This document shows, in pieces, positions 1 to 8,741 of a stretch of DNA of 64,000 nt. Source of the stretch: Bdellovibrionota bacterium FG-1 (GTDB taxonomy: Bacteria > Bdellovibrionota > UBA1018); NCBI GenBank assembly GCA_051382295.1, contig JBBCAW010000053.1, forward strand, positions 1 to 64,000. The letters are read 5' to 3'. The notes beneath the pieces were generated by a model. That model made no database searches and was not told where the DNA came from. It worked only from the letters and a program-made list of their open reading frames with translations. The translations under genes and the position numbers were made by a program. Within the stretch, counting starts at the first letter, position 1; each line of letters opens with the position of its first letter.

Positions 1-119
1 TCCAGATAGAGGAGGCATGCCGCCTCATCAGGAAACATGAGCTGAAAGTCCAGATGGGTTATCGGATATTCAGGAGGGGAGTTTTTCGGTGGCGGTGGCT
101 TTTGACCCGCAGTTGGCAT
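1..119 (-). CDS. IS1595-family transposase, N-terminal part (partial)
   Basis: Manual translation MPTAGQKPPPPKNSPPEYPITHLDFQLMFPDEAACLLYL; F..MFPDEAAC..YL is the typical start before the IS1595 Zn-ribbon. Confidence 0.75.
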   Translation of the reverse strand, partial: MPTAGQKPPPPKNSPPEYPITHLDFQLMFPDEAACLLYL

Positions 120-180
120 CGCTAAAACCCTCTGCGACGCACCGTAGCTTAAATGCTATTAAGTGACAACCGGATAAGCA
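1..180 (-). mobile_element. Left end of an IS1595-family insertion sequence (continues off the window)
   Basis: Transposase N-terminus on the minus strand, then a probable terminal IR (TGCTTATCCGGTTGTCACTTAA on minus, ~159-180) abutting a 5'-truncated HNH gene. Confidence 0.7.
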
Positions 181-844
181 GGGTTTTTTTCGTACCGAGG
201 ATCAGAAACGTAAAAGCGAGGGCGATGAAAAGCTTGACCTGCAAGCCAAACAAGAAATCGCCCAGTCGATGCTCGGCACCTCGATGAGGGAGTGTGAAAA
301 AAAGTTGGAGGAGATCTCACCTGCGTCTGCTCTCCCACCCGAGAAGACAAGACAGCTTTCTCAGGGTAAGACCTTGATCCAGTTTTCCGCAGACGCAGAA
401 TTGATGAAAAAGATCGAGAAACTTAAGGGCTTGCTGGCTCATCAAAATTCCGATGGCAGTTACGAGGGACTGTTTGAAATTCTTGCAGAGGTGGCACTGA
501 AAAAGTTCGAGCCTAAGAAACCAAATCCCGAATCCCCTCAGCCAGAACCCTCTGGAAATGACGCAAATACCCCGTCCGTTTCCACGTTGGAAACGCAGAG
601 GTCCCGCACCATTCCGGCGGAGGTCAAAAGGCAGGTCTTCGCACGTGATGGTGGCTGTTGCACCTACCAAGATCAGAGCACAGGCAAGCGTTGTGGAAGT
701 CGATTTGCGATCGAGTACGATCATATCCAGCCGTTCGCCTGGGAAGGGGAGACAAATACTAACAACCTGCAGCTCAGATGTCGGCGGCATAACGCCTATA
801 CAGCGAAAAAGCAGGGCCTGAGTCGCGATTCAAAATCGCTTTGA
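179..844 (+). pseudogene. HNH endonuclease-domain gene, 5' part displaced by the IS
   Basis: Frame is open upstream of ATG269 (QGFFRTEDQKRK..) back to the IS end; C-terminal HNH motif RDGGCC..C..EYDHIQP..G..N..NLQLRCRRHN. Confidence 0.7.
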
Positions 845-1116
845 GTTTTCGCTCCGCTTCCCGTAGCCTTAATACCGTTCGGTTAAGCCCTCTATGCAAC
901 GAGCGATTCTGAAGAATAGACACTTCGCGTGTATTGAACCTGGCGAGGAGCCGTCCCACTCAGTCACTTACGAAAGAGGCTGCGGCCGTTTTTCGCGCCA
1001 ACCTCGACGGGATCGAATCGAACACAATAGAGCATTGGGTCCGATTTTCGGACTCCAACCATTTGTTTTAATTATGTTATTGTCGCAAATCCTTGCTTCA
1101 GCTAGGGTTTATCTTA

Positions 1117-1342
1117 ATGAGCCACATCAAGCTTTTTGAATCGAAACAGGTCCGGGCACTCTGGAACCACGACGAACAGCAATGGTATTTTTCGGTTGTC
1201 GACACTATCGCCGTTCTAACCGAGAGCTCCAACCCGCGCCGTTATTGGTCCGATCTAAAAATTCAACTGTCAAAAACGGATGCGCGAGATCTACAAGGCG
1301 AAAGGCTGTATTGCCATCCATGATGAACTGACCAACGACTGA
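1117..1342 (+). pseudogene. Bro-N/antirepressor-like gene remnant
   Basis: MSHIKLFESKQVRALWN..WYFSVVDTIAVLTES.NPRRYWSDLK, then a second-frame fragment KRMREIYKAKG/IAIHDELTND*. Confidence 0.7.
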
Positions 1343-1376
1343 AATCACGCACAACCGTGATGCACAAGGGGATTAG

Positions 1377-2123
1377 ATGGCTCGTCGAAAAAATGGAACC
1401 GGCAGAGTTCCAAAAAAGAAAAAGCCACATCAGGGACCGCCCCACCCATGGCGCTTGTGCCCAATCGGGCAACACTACCGAAAGGCCCACTCACAAAGGC
1501 CTTACACTCGAAGAGACGGAACACTGGTAAGTGGCAGCCATCATCGCGCCACATGCGCAGACAATCCTTCCGGTCTGGATCAGATCTATTCGGAAGAACT
1601 TACTATCATTGCAGAACGTTACTTCTCGACGCTTTCGGGACTGCCCAAGGCTGATTCATTGGGTTTCGAGAGAGGCAACGATTTTGACCCCTATATCCGA
1701 GGTTGGACGCGATACTGGAATGAAGTTCTTGGCGAGAAAGACCCGCTGGACCCGGATCTCGTGAAGGCGCTCATCGCCACGGAGTCTAGATTTAACCCTA
1801 CAGCCATGCCCCCAGGTAAAAATCCGAGACGGGCACGAGGGTTGATGCAAATCACCTCAAAAACCAGGGAAATCCTATCAGACGAATCAGGTGAATTAAA
1901 AAATTCTCTAGTGAACGTCGATGACAAGGAACTGGATGATCCGAACCTGAATATCGCAGCGGGTATCCGTTGGCTATTCCGGAAAAAAGAAATCGCCCGA
2001 TCCAAGTTAGGGAAAAGCGCAAGCTGGCGGGACGCCGTGGCGGAATTCAAAGATTATGACGACGACCCTCAAAATGCTCAGATGCTGAAATTTGACGAGC
2101 TTTACCGAAGGATGAAAAAGTGA
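1377..2123 (+). CDS. Lytic transglycosylase (SLT domain) protein with basic Cys/His N-terminal region
   Basis: LVKALIATESRFNP, ARGLMQI and NIAAG SLT motifs. Confidence 0.85.
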   Translation: MARRKNGTGRVPKKKKPHQGPPHPWRLCPIGQHYRKAHSQRPYTRRDGTLVSGSHHRATCADNPSGLDQIYSEELTIIAERYFSTLSGLPKADSLGFERGNDFDPYIRGWTRYWNEVLGEKDPLDPDLVKALIATESRFNPTAMPPGKNPRRARGLMQITSKTREILSDESGELKNSLVNVDDKELDDPNLNIAAGIRWLFRKKEIARSKLGKSASWRDAVAEFKDYDDDPQNAQMLKFDELYRRMKK

Positions 2124-2734
2124 ATACGCAAAGAAGTTTTCTGACACTCGTATCGATCGCCTGCTCCCTGCTCCACCTCTCCATGACCGAAAACGATCTG
2201 AACGATGTTTATGGGATACTGGACAACGAGGACTATCTCATGATGGAGAGGCAAGAACATCCGGCTCTGCATTCCGTCGATAGAGACAGTCCCTCTTGGA
2301 AGTCCTACAACCGCTGGCTTTGTTTTCCGGCAGCCGAATTGACGTTGGACTGCCGCGATCACGAGTCGGACCAAAGCTGGAACTCGATTGCCCCCGAGGG
2401 ACGTGACGGAAAAGGATACTTCGCGGTCATGGACGTCAACCATGAAGATCGGCACTATCGGTTCGAATCTCCCGGCTGGCTTCTCCCTGAGAGATGTCGT
2501 GAGCAAGTCGATGCGATCCAAAAACTACTTGATGGACAAAATGGGGTTTGCGTTTTTGCCGCTGATATTCCTTCCGAAGAAGAGCTGAACGGAACGGATG
2601 ACAGCAATTTCTCCGCGTGGACGTTCTATGGAATCAAGACCCAGTCGGGAAGAACGATGGCTCCCATTTACGAGCCAAGCGGCGAAACAGAGCCAGACAG
2701 CAACGATGATAACGCAGCATGGCCCCATCCCTGA
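2120..2734 (+). CDS. Hypothetical exported acidic protein
   Basis: 204-aa ORF, GTGA overlap with the SLT stop, hydrophobic N-terminus. Confidence 0.6.
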   Translation: MNTQRSFLTLVSIACSLLHLSMTENDLNDVYGILDNEDYLMMERQEHPALHSVDRDSPSWKSYNRWLCFPAAELTLDCRDHESDQSWNSIAPEGRDGKGYFAVMDVNHEDRHYRFESPGWLLPERCREQVDAIQKLLDGQNGVCVFAADIPSEEELNGTDDSNFSAWTFYGIKTQSGRTMAPIYEPSGETEPDSNDDNAAWPHP

Positions 2735-2840
2735 ACGGCAGTCGATACGCAGCCGCCAAGGTCTATAGCGATGTGAACCGTCAACCCATTGACATTCACA
2801 TTCCCTAAAGAAGTTGATTTTTTTTGACGAAACGTAAGCA

Positions 2841-3407
2841 ATGGGGCCTTACTCCCGATTTTTCAGAAAAACTTTTCCCTTGATCTTAGCGGGGCTCAGC
2901 TGGGGTGACGTTTGCGTGGAGCAGGCTTTTGCAGAAGGTTCGCAATCAAGTCTGCAAACTGGAATTGCCCTCTTTCAACAGGATGCGAATGCAACCGTAG
3001 GGGAGCGTGGATATTTTCTTCTCTTTCAGGTAGAGCCGAAAACCGGCTGGATACGTCCGACCTATGGAGGAAGCCTTGAATTGAATTTAGGCGTCGCCCG
3101 CACCATCCTGGGGCAAGTGCATGGGGGCGTGGAACTCGTCGCGGCCAGTGCAAAATATGCGAAACCATTTTTAGGAATCGAAGGCCTTTATGGTTGGGCG
3201 AATCTCGGGTTTGCTGATGGCTCCTATCTCGGCAATCTCTATGGGACTGCCATTACCGCTGGAGTAGAAATTCGAGGAGACTCCAAAGACAAAGGGTCAG
3301 CGTTACGCATCAGCTCAAGCTGGCGATATTTGATGGGATCGGTGGGCGCTGGGGTGACGGGTAATGACTATAATGCAATGCTGCTTTCAATTGGGGTGAC
3401 CTTTTAA
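2841..3407 (+). CDS. Putative small outer-membrane beta-barrel protein
   Basis: Signal peptide, alternating beta-strand pattern, C-terminal SIGVTF. Confidence 0.6.
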   Translation: MGPYSRFFRKTFPLILAGLSWGDVCVEQAFAEGSQSSLQTGIALFQQDANATVGERGYFLLFQVEPKTGWIRPTYGGSLELNLGVARTILGQVHGGVELVAASAKYAKPFLGIEGLYGWANLGFADGSYLGNLYGTAITAGVEIRGDSKDKGSALRISSSWRYLMGSVGAGVTGNDYNAMLLSIGVTF

Positions 3408-3458
3408 ATCGGCTGAATCGAAGCTCCGGGCACGGTCCTTGAACCCTCTCACTGGGTT

Positions 3459-3986
3459 ATGAACTATAGGTTTTGGTCTGCCATCGCTTTACTTTCTGTC
3501 ACATCTCAGCAAGCAGACGCGGCGCAATCCCCTTCCCATGCTATTTCTGGGAGTCACCCTTTTGGCCTGGGCGTCATCATTGGCGAACCCAGCGGATTAA
3601 GTGCTCAGTATTTTTTCAATCCCGAACGCGCCCTGGATGGAGGACTCGCTTACTCTTTCAACAGCTTTATTTTCATTTTTTCCGACTACCTCTTTCATTT
3701 CCCAGGAGTCTTTGGGCACGGTCCACGCGTCCCGAGAGACCTTTCACCCTACCTGGGAGTCGGAGGAGTTCTATTGGCGTCAACCACGAGCAATCGAAAA
3801 GAGGGTAGATACTTCACCGATCAAGGCTCCTCCGTCGGCTTGGGGATAAGGCTTCCGTTCGGATTAGAATGGCGCCCGATACGTTCGCCCTTGGAAGTTT
3901 TCTTGGAAATCGCGCCTGGCCTGGGAGTCATCCCCAGCACCTTCGGTTTTATCGAGGGCGGAATCGGGCTTCGCTACTATTTTTAA
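3459..3986 (+). CDS. Putative outer-membrane beta-barrel protein (DUF3996-like)
   Basis: Signal peptide; FGLGVIIGEPSGLS; LEVFLEIAPG; C-terminal GIGLRYYF. Confidence 0.7.
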   Translation: MNYRFWSAIALLSVTSQQADAAQSPSHAISGSHPFGLGVIIGEPSGLSAQYFFNPERALDGGLAYSFNSFIFIFSDYLFHFPGVFGHGPRVPRDLSPYLGVGGVLLASTTSNRKEGRYFTDQGSSVGLGIRLPFGLEWRPIRSPLEVFLEIAPGLGVIPSTFGFIEGGIGLRYYF

Positions 3987-4057
3987 AAATAGACTGAAGG
4001 ACCTCGACGCCCTCTTGTGGTAAAGCCAAAAGGTGCCCCGCACCTTTTGGAGAACCG

Positions 4058-4372
4058 ATGTCATTACTCACTTCTGAAAATTATGAAAAAGGCTTCTTGG
4101 TTGACGAAGAGCTCATGGCTGGAGTAACTGAAAACCCAGAAGAATCAGGCACTTATTTAGCCTATGTCTTGAGGCATACGACCGGCGAATACCTCGGCAC
4201 AAAGGTGTGCACCACTTTGGACGAAGCGCTCGGCCTGATCGCGCAAATTCCTCGCGACTGGGCCTTTGAATTGGCACACGCATGCAAAGGCGGTGGCTGC
4301 GGAGGAGGCGGACATTGCCACGATAAAACCGAGGGTGAAACCGAGGGCGGTTGCCACTCGCACTCCCATTAA
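4058..4372 (+). CDS. Hypothetical protein with Cys/Gly/His-rich C-terminal tail
   Basis: 104-aa ORF with GGAG RBS; tail HACKGGGCGGGGHCH...GCHSHSH. Confidence 0.65.
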   Translation: MSLLTSENYEKGFLVDEELMAGVTENPEESGTYLAYVLRHTTGEYLGTKVCTTLDEALGLIAQIPRDWAFELAHACKGGGCGGGGHCHDKTEGETEGGCHSHSH

Positions 4373-4376
4373 TCAT

Positions 4377-5129
4377 TTAGTGACGCCGGGATCGGTCCGA
4401 AGCAGACGTATCGAGTAAACCTAGCTCCGCGCAATGCAAGTATCGGCGCAGCGAATGATAGGTTTGGCTGCCTGAAAGATAGAGCAAACCCAAAAAAAGC
4501 AACAGCCCCACAAATTGTGAGAAATCGTAAGCGGAAGTCTCCACCCAACCTGTAATCGGATTTCGAGTCCAACTCACCGAAGTCTCCACCGCACTTGTAC
4601 CGTCACCCAAAGAATCAATTCCTTGCATGATCAAAAAAAATACCGCACCCGCCAGTGCCGTGAGGTAGCGCATCCGGTTTTGGAGCGCTGCCAGATCGAT
4701 TCTAAAATTTTCAATAATCCATTTCCACTGATCCGTTGACGCCCGAACCGCGCGATCCATTTCAACGCGAACCCTCTCACGCCATTGAGACTCTTTAGCC
4801 GCCTGTCCCAAGGTTCCTGAAATGCCCCCCCGCTTCAAAACCACGGGAACCCGCGCAAGAACCTCTAAGCCCAAAATATAAAGAGAGTAAGAAACAGGGA
4901 AAATCAGGACCAACCAATCTCGAATTGCCTTGGCCTTCAGAGGAAGCACATGCAACTTAATCAGCACCAGCGTCGAAACCGAAACCAACGCGGGCAGCAA
5001 AAAACACCAAAAAAACACATGAAACATCTTGCGATGAACCAAGAGCCGCTCACGTTGAATATCCACACTAACGAATTCGAGAAAATCTCGGTAGATATCC
5101 TCTCGGGATTTAGCACTCTCGGTTTGCAT
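4377..5129 (-). CDS. Hypothetical membrane protein (~4 TM)
   Basis: 250-aa ORF with several hydrophobic segments. Confidence 0.65.
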   Translation of the reverse strand: MQTESAKSREDIYRDFLEFVSVDIQRERLLVHRKMFHVFFWCFLLPALVSVSTLVLIKLHVLPLKAKAIRDWLVLIFPVSYSLYILGLEVLARVPVVLKRGGISGTLGQAAKESQWRERVRVEMDRAVRASTDQWKWIIENFRIDLAALQNRMRYLTALAGAVFFLIMQGIDSLGDGTSAVETSVSWTRNPITGWVETSAYDFSQFVGLLLFLGLLYLSGSQTYHSLRRYLHCAELGLLDTSASDRSRRH

Positions 5130-5164
5130 CCATTCTAGAATACTTCTTTAAGAGCCTTCGGTCA

Positions 5165-5974
5165 CTAGGCAGTAACTGCCGTCTCCCGAAGCCTTAAGAT
5201 CGAGCGAGCCTGACCATTGGTTTCATTAATATCGATAATCACGCAACCATAACCCCCAGGGCCTTCGGCGGGTTCATATTTAATCGGACGTTTGGTGAGG
5301 AACTTCTGAATTGAAATCTCTTTTTTGACCCCAATGACTGAGTCATAACAACCACACATCCCGACATCCGTAATCGCAGCAGTCCCGCCTTCAAGAATCC
5401 GCTCGTCGGCCGTCTGGACATGAGAATGACTACCCAGGACCGCGCTCACCTTTCCGGCCATAAAATGGGCAAAGGCCTGTTTTTCGGAACTCGCCTCACC
5501 ATGAAAATCAATCAAGATGCATTGAATGTCCAAATCATCCAGACGCGCCACCTCTGCATCAGCGACTCGGAAAGGACAATCCAATGAATCCATAAAAACC
5601 CGACCCATCACTTGAACCACGCCAAGCCTCAGCCCGGGTTTGCGACGGCTCTCGACCACGGTCGATCCACGGCCTGGGGTTTTATACGCCGGATGGTCAG
5701 GATAGTTAGCAGGCCGGATTAAACGCGTCGTGGTGGCCATATAGGGGATAATCTGGCGCTGATCCCAGGCATGATTCCCCAGCGTGATCACATCCACCCC
5801 CAGCCCAAAAAACTCCTCGGCCATCTCGGGCAAGATTCCGTTTCCGTGGGTCATGTTTTCGCCGTTGATCACCACAAAATCGATCGAATGGGCGGGCACC
5901 AAACGAGCGAGCCCTATTTTTACGGCTTCCCGTCCTGGTTTAGAAAAAACGTCACCAAAATACAAAACCTTCAT
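5165..5974 (-). CDS. ymdB: TIGR00282/YmdB-family metallophosphoesterase
   Basis: GDVFSKPGR, NGEN, TLGNHAWD, DFHGEASSEK, GSHSHVQTAD; ATGA overlap with the upstream gene fixes the start at 5974. Confidence 0.92.
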   Translation of the reverse strand: MKVLYFGDVFSKPGREAVKIGLARLVPAHSIDFVVINGENMTHGNGILPEMAEEFFGLGVDVITLGNHAWDQRQIIPYMATTTRLIRPANYPDHPAYKTPGRGSTVVESRRKPGLRLGVVQVMGRVFMDSLDCPFRVADAEVARLDDLDIQCILIDFHGEASSEKQAFAHFMAGKVSAVLGSHSHVQTADERILEGGTAAITDVGMCGCYDSVIGVKKEISIQKFLTKRPIKYEPAEGPGGYGCVIIDINETNGQARSILRLRETAVTA

Positions 5975-6558
5975 CGCAAGATACTTTCTAAGGAAAGCTT
6001 TCCCAATTGCCGCTGATCCGTCCAAACGCAATCGACGCACTGATCCCAAGGCTGTTGCTCTAACTCGGAAAGAACCTGGAAGTCAAATGCGAGCGCAAGC
6101 TTGAGCGCCCGGGGTGCCAAAGGCAGATAGCGATCATAAAGCCCAGCCCCCATCCCTATCCGCTCCCCCCGCGTTCCAAAAACCACGCCCGGGACAAAAA
6201 TCACGTCGAGCTGTTGTAGCGCCACAATCGTCAAAGGATCGGTCTCGCGCACAAAATCCATTTGAGCCGTCGACAGATCAATAACCCTGGGATAACAAAG
6301 GGTTGCCCCCAACGGCAAAAGCGCTTGCTCGAGTGACTTAAGATCCATTTCGCCTTTCATCGCCCGATAAACGGCGACATACTTGCCCCGCCAATACTCG
6401 GCTGGAATGCCGGAGCCAGCCAAAAATCGCGCGACTGCACGCTGTGAAAGCTGCGCAACTTCGGCCGGCGACTGCGCCTTCCGCTGCGCCAAAATCTGCG
6501 CCCGCAATTTTTGGGCCGCGCTTCGCAAATCTGAGCTGGCTCTTTCAATGGGTTTCAT
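5971..6558 (-). CDS. ygfA: 5-formyltetrahydrofolate cyclo-ligase
   Basis: DVIFVPGVVF..GERIGMGAGLYDRYL, QPWDQ motif. Confidence 0.9.
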   Translation of the reverse strand: MKPIERASSDLRSAAQKLRAQILAQRKAQSPAEVAQLSQRAVARFLAGSGIPAEYWRGKYVAVYRAMKGEMDLKSLEQALLPLGATLCYPRVIDLSTAQMDFVRETDPLTIVALQQLDVIFVPGVVFGTRGERIGMGAGLYDRYLPLAPRALKLALAFDFQVLSELEQQPWDQCVDCVWTDQRQLGKLSLESILR

Positions 6559-6674
6559 TTCAAAGTCTTAACCTACACCCAATTCAGGGGCAGGGGCTAG
6601 AGGATAAACGGGGAGGACCCTCGGCAAAACCTGCCCATTGGCCGCCCACTCTGTCAGTGTCATAATCGAACACG

Positions 6675-7133
6675 ATGGGATCCGAAGTCTCCGCAATCAA
6701 AGGGGCTGCTACCGAGGAGTTGCGAATCCGCAACTACAAGGCATCGCTCCAACAAAAGAGCGAAATGGAATCTCGCGAAATCCAGGCTCGCCATTCGGAT
6801 GAAATGCAGCGAATGACCGAGAACCATCAAATGCAGGTGGAAGACCTCAAGCGTAACTACGACGTTCAGATTTCGCAGGAGGCCGAATCCCTCGAAGAAA
6901 AACTCCACCAAGTGCGAATGCTCGGGGAAGAACACATCCAAACCGAAAAACACGCCTTGGATATCGAATTTGAGAAAGCCAAAACGGCTGCTCAGCAAAA
7001 AATTGAAGAATACCGCAAGAACTCAGAGGCCCAACTCGATAAGCTCCGCAAAGAGGCACAGAGCACCTCCGAGATGATTCATGATCGAACCCGAAAAGCC
7101 GTTAAAAAAGAAAAAGAAGGAGCTTCCGCATGA
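6675..7133 (+). CDS. Hypothetical coiled-coil protein
   Basis: 152 aa, E/K/Q-rich helical composition. Confidence 0.6.
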   Translation: MGSEVSAIKGAATEELRIRNYKASLQQKSEMESREIQARHSDEMQRMTENHQMQVEDLKRNYDVQISQEAESLEEKLHQVRMLGEEHIQTEKHALDIEFEKAKTAAQQKIEEYRKNSEAQLDKLRKEAQSTSEMIHDRTRKAVKKEKEGASA

Positions 7134-7342
7134 GTACCCAGATGAATACCAAGAAAAATATCCCCACCTCCCAAGTATCGGCGGAAACCAAAGAAGAAAC
7201 TCCCATTCCCGTCGACGGTTTCAGACAAATACTGGAGATGCTGCGAATCGCAGACCCCGACTTTCGCGAATCGCTTCTGAGACGCCTCGGTTCGCGGGAC
7301 CGAGAACTCGCCCGTCAACTTCGGGACGACCTGGATCTTTAA
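7130..7342 (+). CDS. Small hypothetical protein (weak FliG-like helical motif)
   Basis: ATGA overlap with upstream ORF; DGFRQILEML..D...RESLLRRL..RD.ELA..LR. Confidence 0.5.
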   Translation: MSTQMNTKKNIPTSQVSAETKEETPIPVDGFRQILEMLRIADPDFRESLLRRLGSRDRELARQLRDDLDL

Positions 7343-8244
7343 GGCGCAAGCAGAACGCCGAATCGTAAACCCCGCGTGCTGATACGTGCTGTCGAAAACT
7401 CAAGCACTTCCATCGCCCGCCACAAGATGAGCGCCCCGGCCAGGATCACGTCGGCGCGCTGAGGATCGATCCCCACGAGCTCAATACGCTCATCCACCGT
7501 CCGCCATTTGAGTTCCTCGACCATTCGATGCACATCCCCTCGCGAGAGGGTCACCGCATCAATGGCTTGAGCATCAAACTCTTTGAGCCCTCTATGCCAG
7601 GCGGCCAAGGTCGTAGCCGTGCCTGCCACCGCAACCAACGCTATGGAAGGATCAATTCCTTTACGCCACGCGCGCAACTCCTCGAGCATGGCATCGATTT
7701 GGGCCTGGCAGGCCCAAAACTCTGAATCCGAAACTGGATCGTGCACAAAAAAACGCTCGGTGAAGCGAACCGACCCTAAATTCAAGCTTTTGCCATCTTT
7801 TTTGGCGATGAACTCCGTGCTTCCACCCCCGATATCAATGACAGCACAGGACTCCGGCCGCATCCCCGGCAACAGCGCGCCCAGAAAAGTGTACTTGGCT
7901 TCATCCTGTCCAGAAAGGACCCGAAACCGGAGGCCAGTTTCGCCCTGCACATGCGCGAAAAACTCCGCACCATTGGTGGCATCGCGCGCACTGGCCGTCG
8001 CAACGCAGACCGCTGCCTCCGGCTGGCCCCCCGAACTTTTGATCAGCTGGGCATAGCGCCGCAGGCAAACCATCGTGCGCTCCATCGCCTCGTCTCTCAG
8101 TTTCCGTGCCTGATCCACTCCTTGCCCGAGACGCACAATCGTCGAGTGGTCACCCAAAATCCGATTGATTTTTCCCTCGGGTGACATCTCCGCCACGAGG
8201 AGGAGACAGGTATTGGTCCCTAAGTCAATCGACGCGCGAATCAC
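7339..8244 (-). CDS. ppx: Ppx/GppA family phosphatase
   Basis: SIDLGTNT, ATASARDA.N, DIGGGSTE, GLRFG. Confidence 0.92.
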   Translation of the reverse strand: MIRASIDLGTNTCLLLVAEMSPEGKINRILGDHSTIVRLGQGVDQARKLRDEAMERTMVCLRRYAQLIKSSGGQPEAAVCVATASARDATNGAEFFAHVQGETGLRFRVLSGQDEAKYTFLGALLPGMRPESCAVIDIGGGSTEFIAKKDGKSLNLGSVRFTERFFVHDPVSDSEFWACQAQIDAMLEELRAWRKGIDPSIALVAVAGTATTLAAWHRGLKEFDAQAIDAVTLSRGDVHRMVEELKWRTVDERIELVGIDPQRADVILAGALILWRAMEVLEFSTARISTRGLRFGVLLAP

Positions 8245-8741
8245 TTTTTGGGCTTCTCCAAAGCGTCCTCATTGCTAGGACTACTTACCTTGGGCTGCGT
8301 GGCCTCGAGTCTCACCTTCAGCTTGAAAAGTTCCTTTTCAAAACCTTCTGACTTTTCTTTCCAATATTTCACTTCTTGTTCCAACTCGGCGATCCGTTTT
8401 TCACGTTCATGCGAAAGCGAATAATAGCCTTCTGAAAAGGTCTCGGTATCCGGATTAAAAGTCCCCACTCGGGTTTCGCCGTCTACAATCCCCTTGACGC
8501 GAAATTGACCATCATCCGTTTTCTCGGCCTCGATCACCTGCACGTCAAAGCTTTTTCCGGGATAGGCCTTATCCTGCCAATAACGTGCGGCGGTCTCTTT
8601 GGCTCTGTTTTTGGCTTTTTCACCACTCGCGCATCCAACCAAACCCACTGCCAGGCAAAGGCTAACGGCCATGAATTTGAACAAAAAAGCTGCTTTGCGT
8701 TTTGAAATTTTCATTATTTTCCTCTCTCTTGGACAGATCAT
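8241..8741 (-). CDS. Hypothetical lipoprotein
   Basis: Lipobox LVGC; C-terminal coiled coil; start may be 8714. Confidence 0.65.
   Translation of the reverse strand: MICPRERKIMKISKRKAAFLFKFMAVSLCLAVGLVGCASGEKAKNRAKETAARYWQDKAYPGKSFDVQVIEAEKTDDGQFRVKGIVDGETRVGTFNPDTETFSEGYYSLSHEREKRIAELEQEVKYWKEKSEGFEKELFKLKVRLEATQPKVSSPSNEDALEKPKK

Noticed and set aside
3428..3443. Sigma54-like GGGCACGGTCCTTGAA
   Set aside because: Lacks the conserved -12 GC
6559..6674. Possible 6S RNA upstream of ygfA
   Set aside because: Only ~115 bp, and no long irregular hairpin evident
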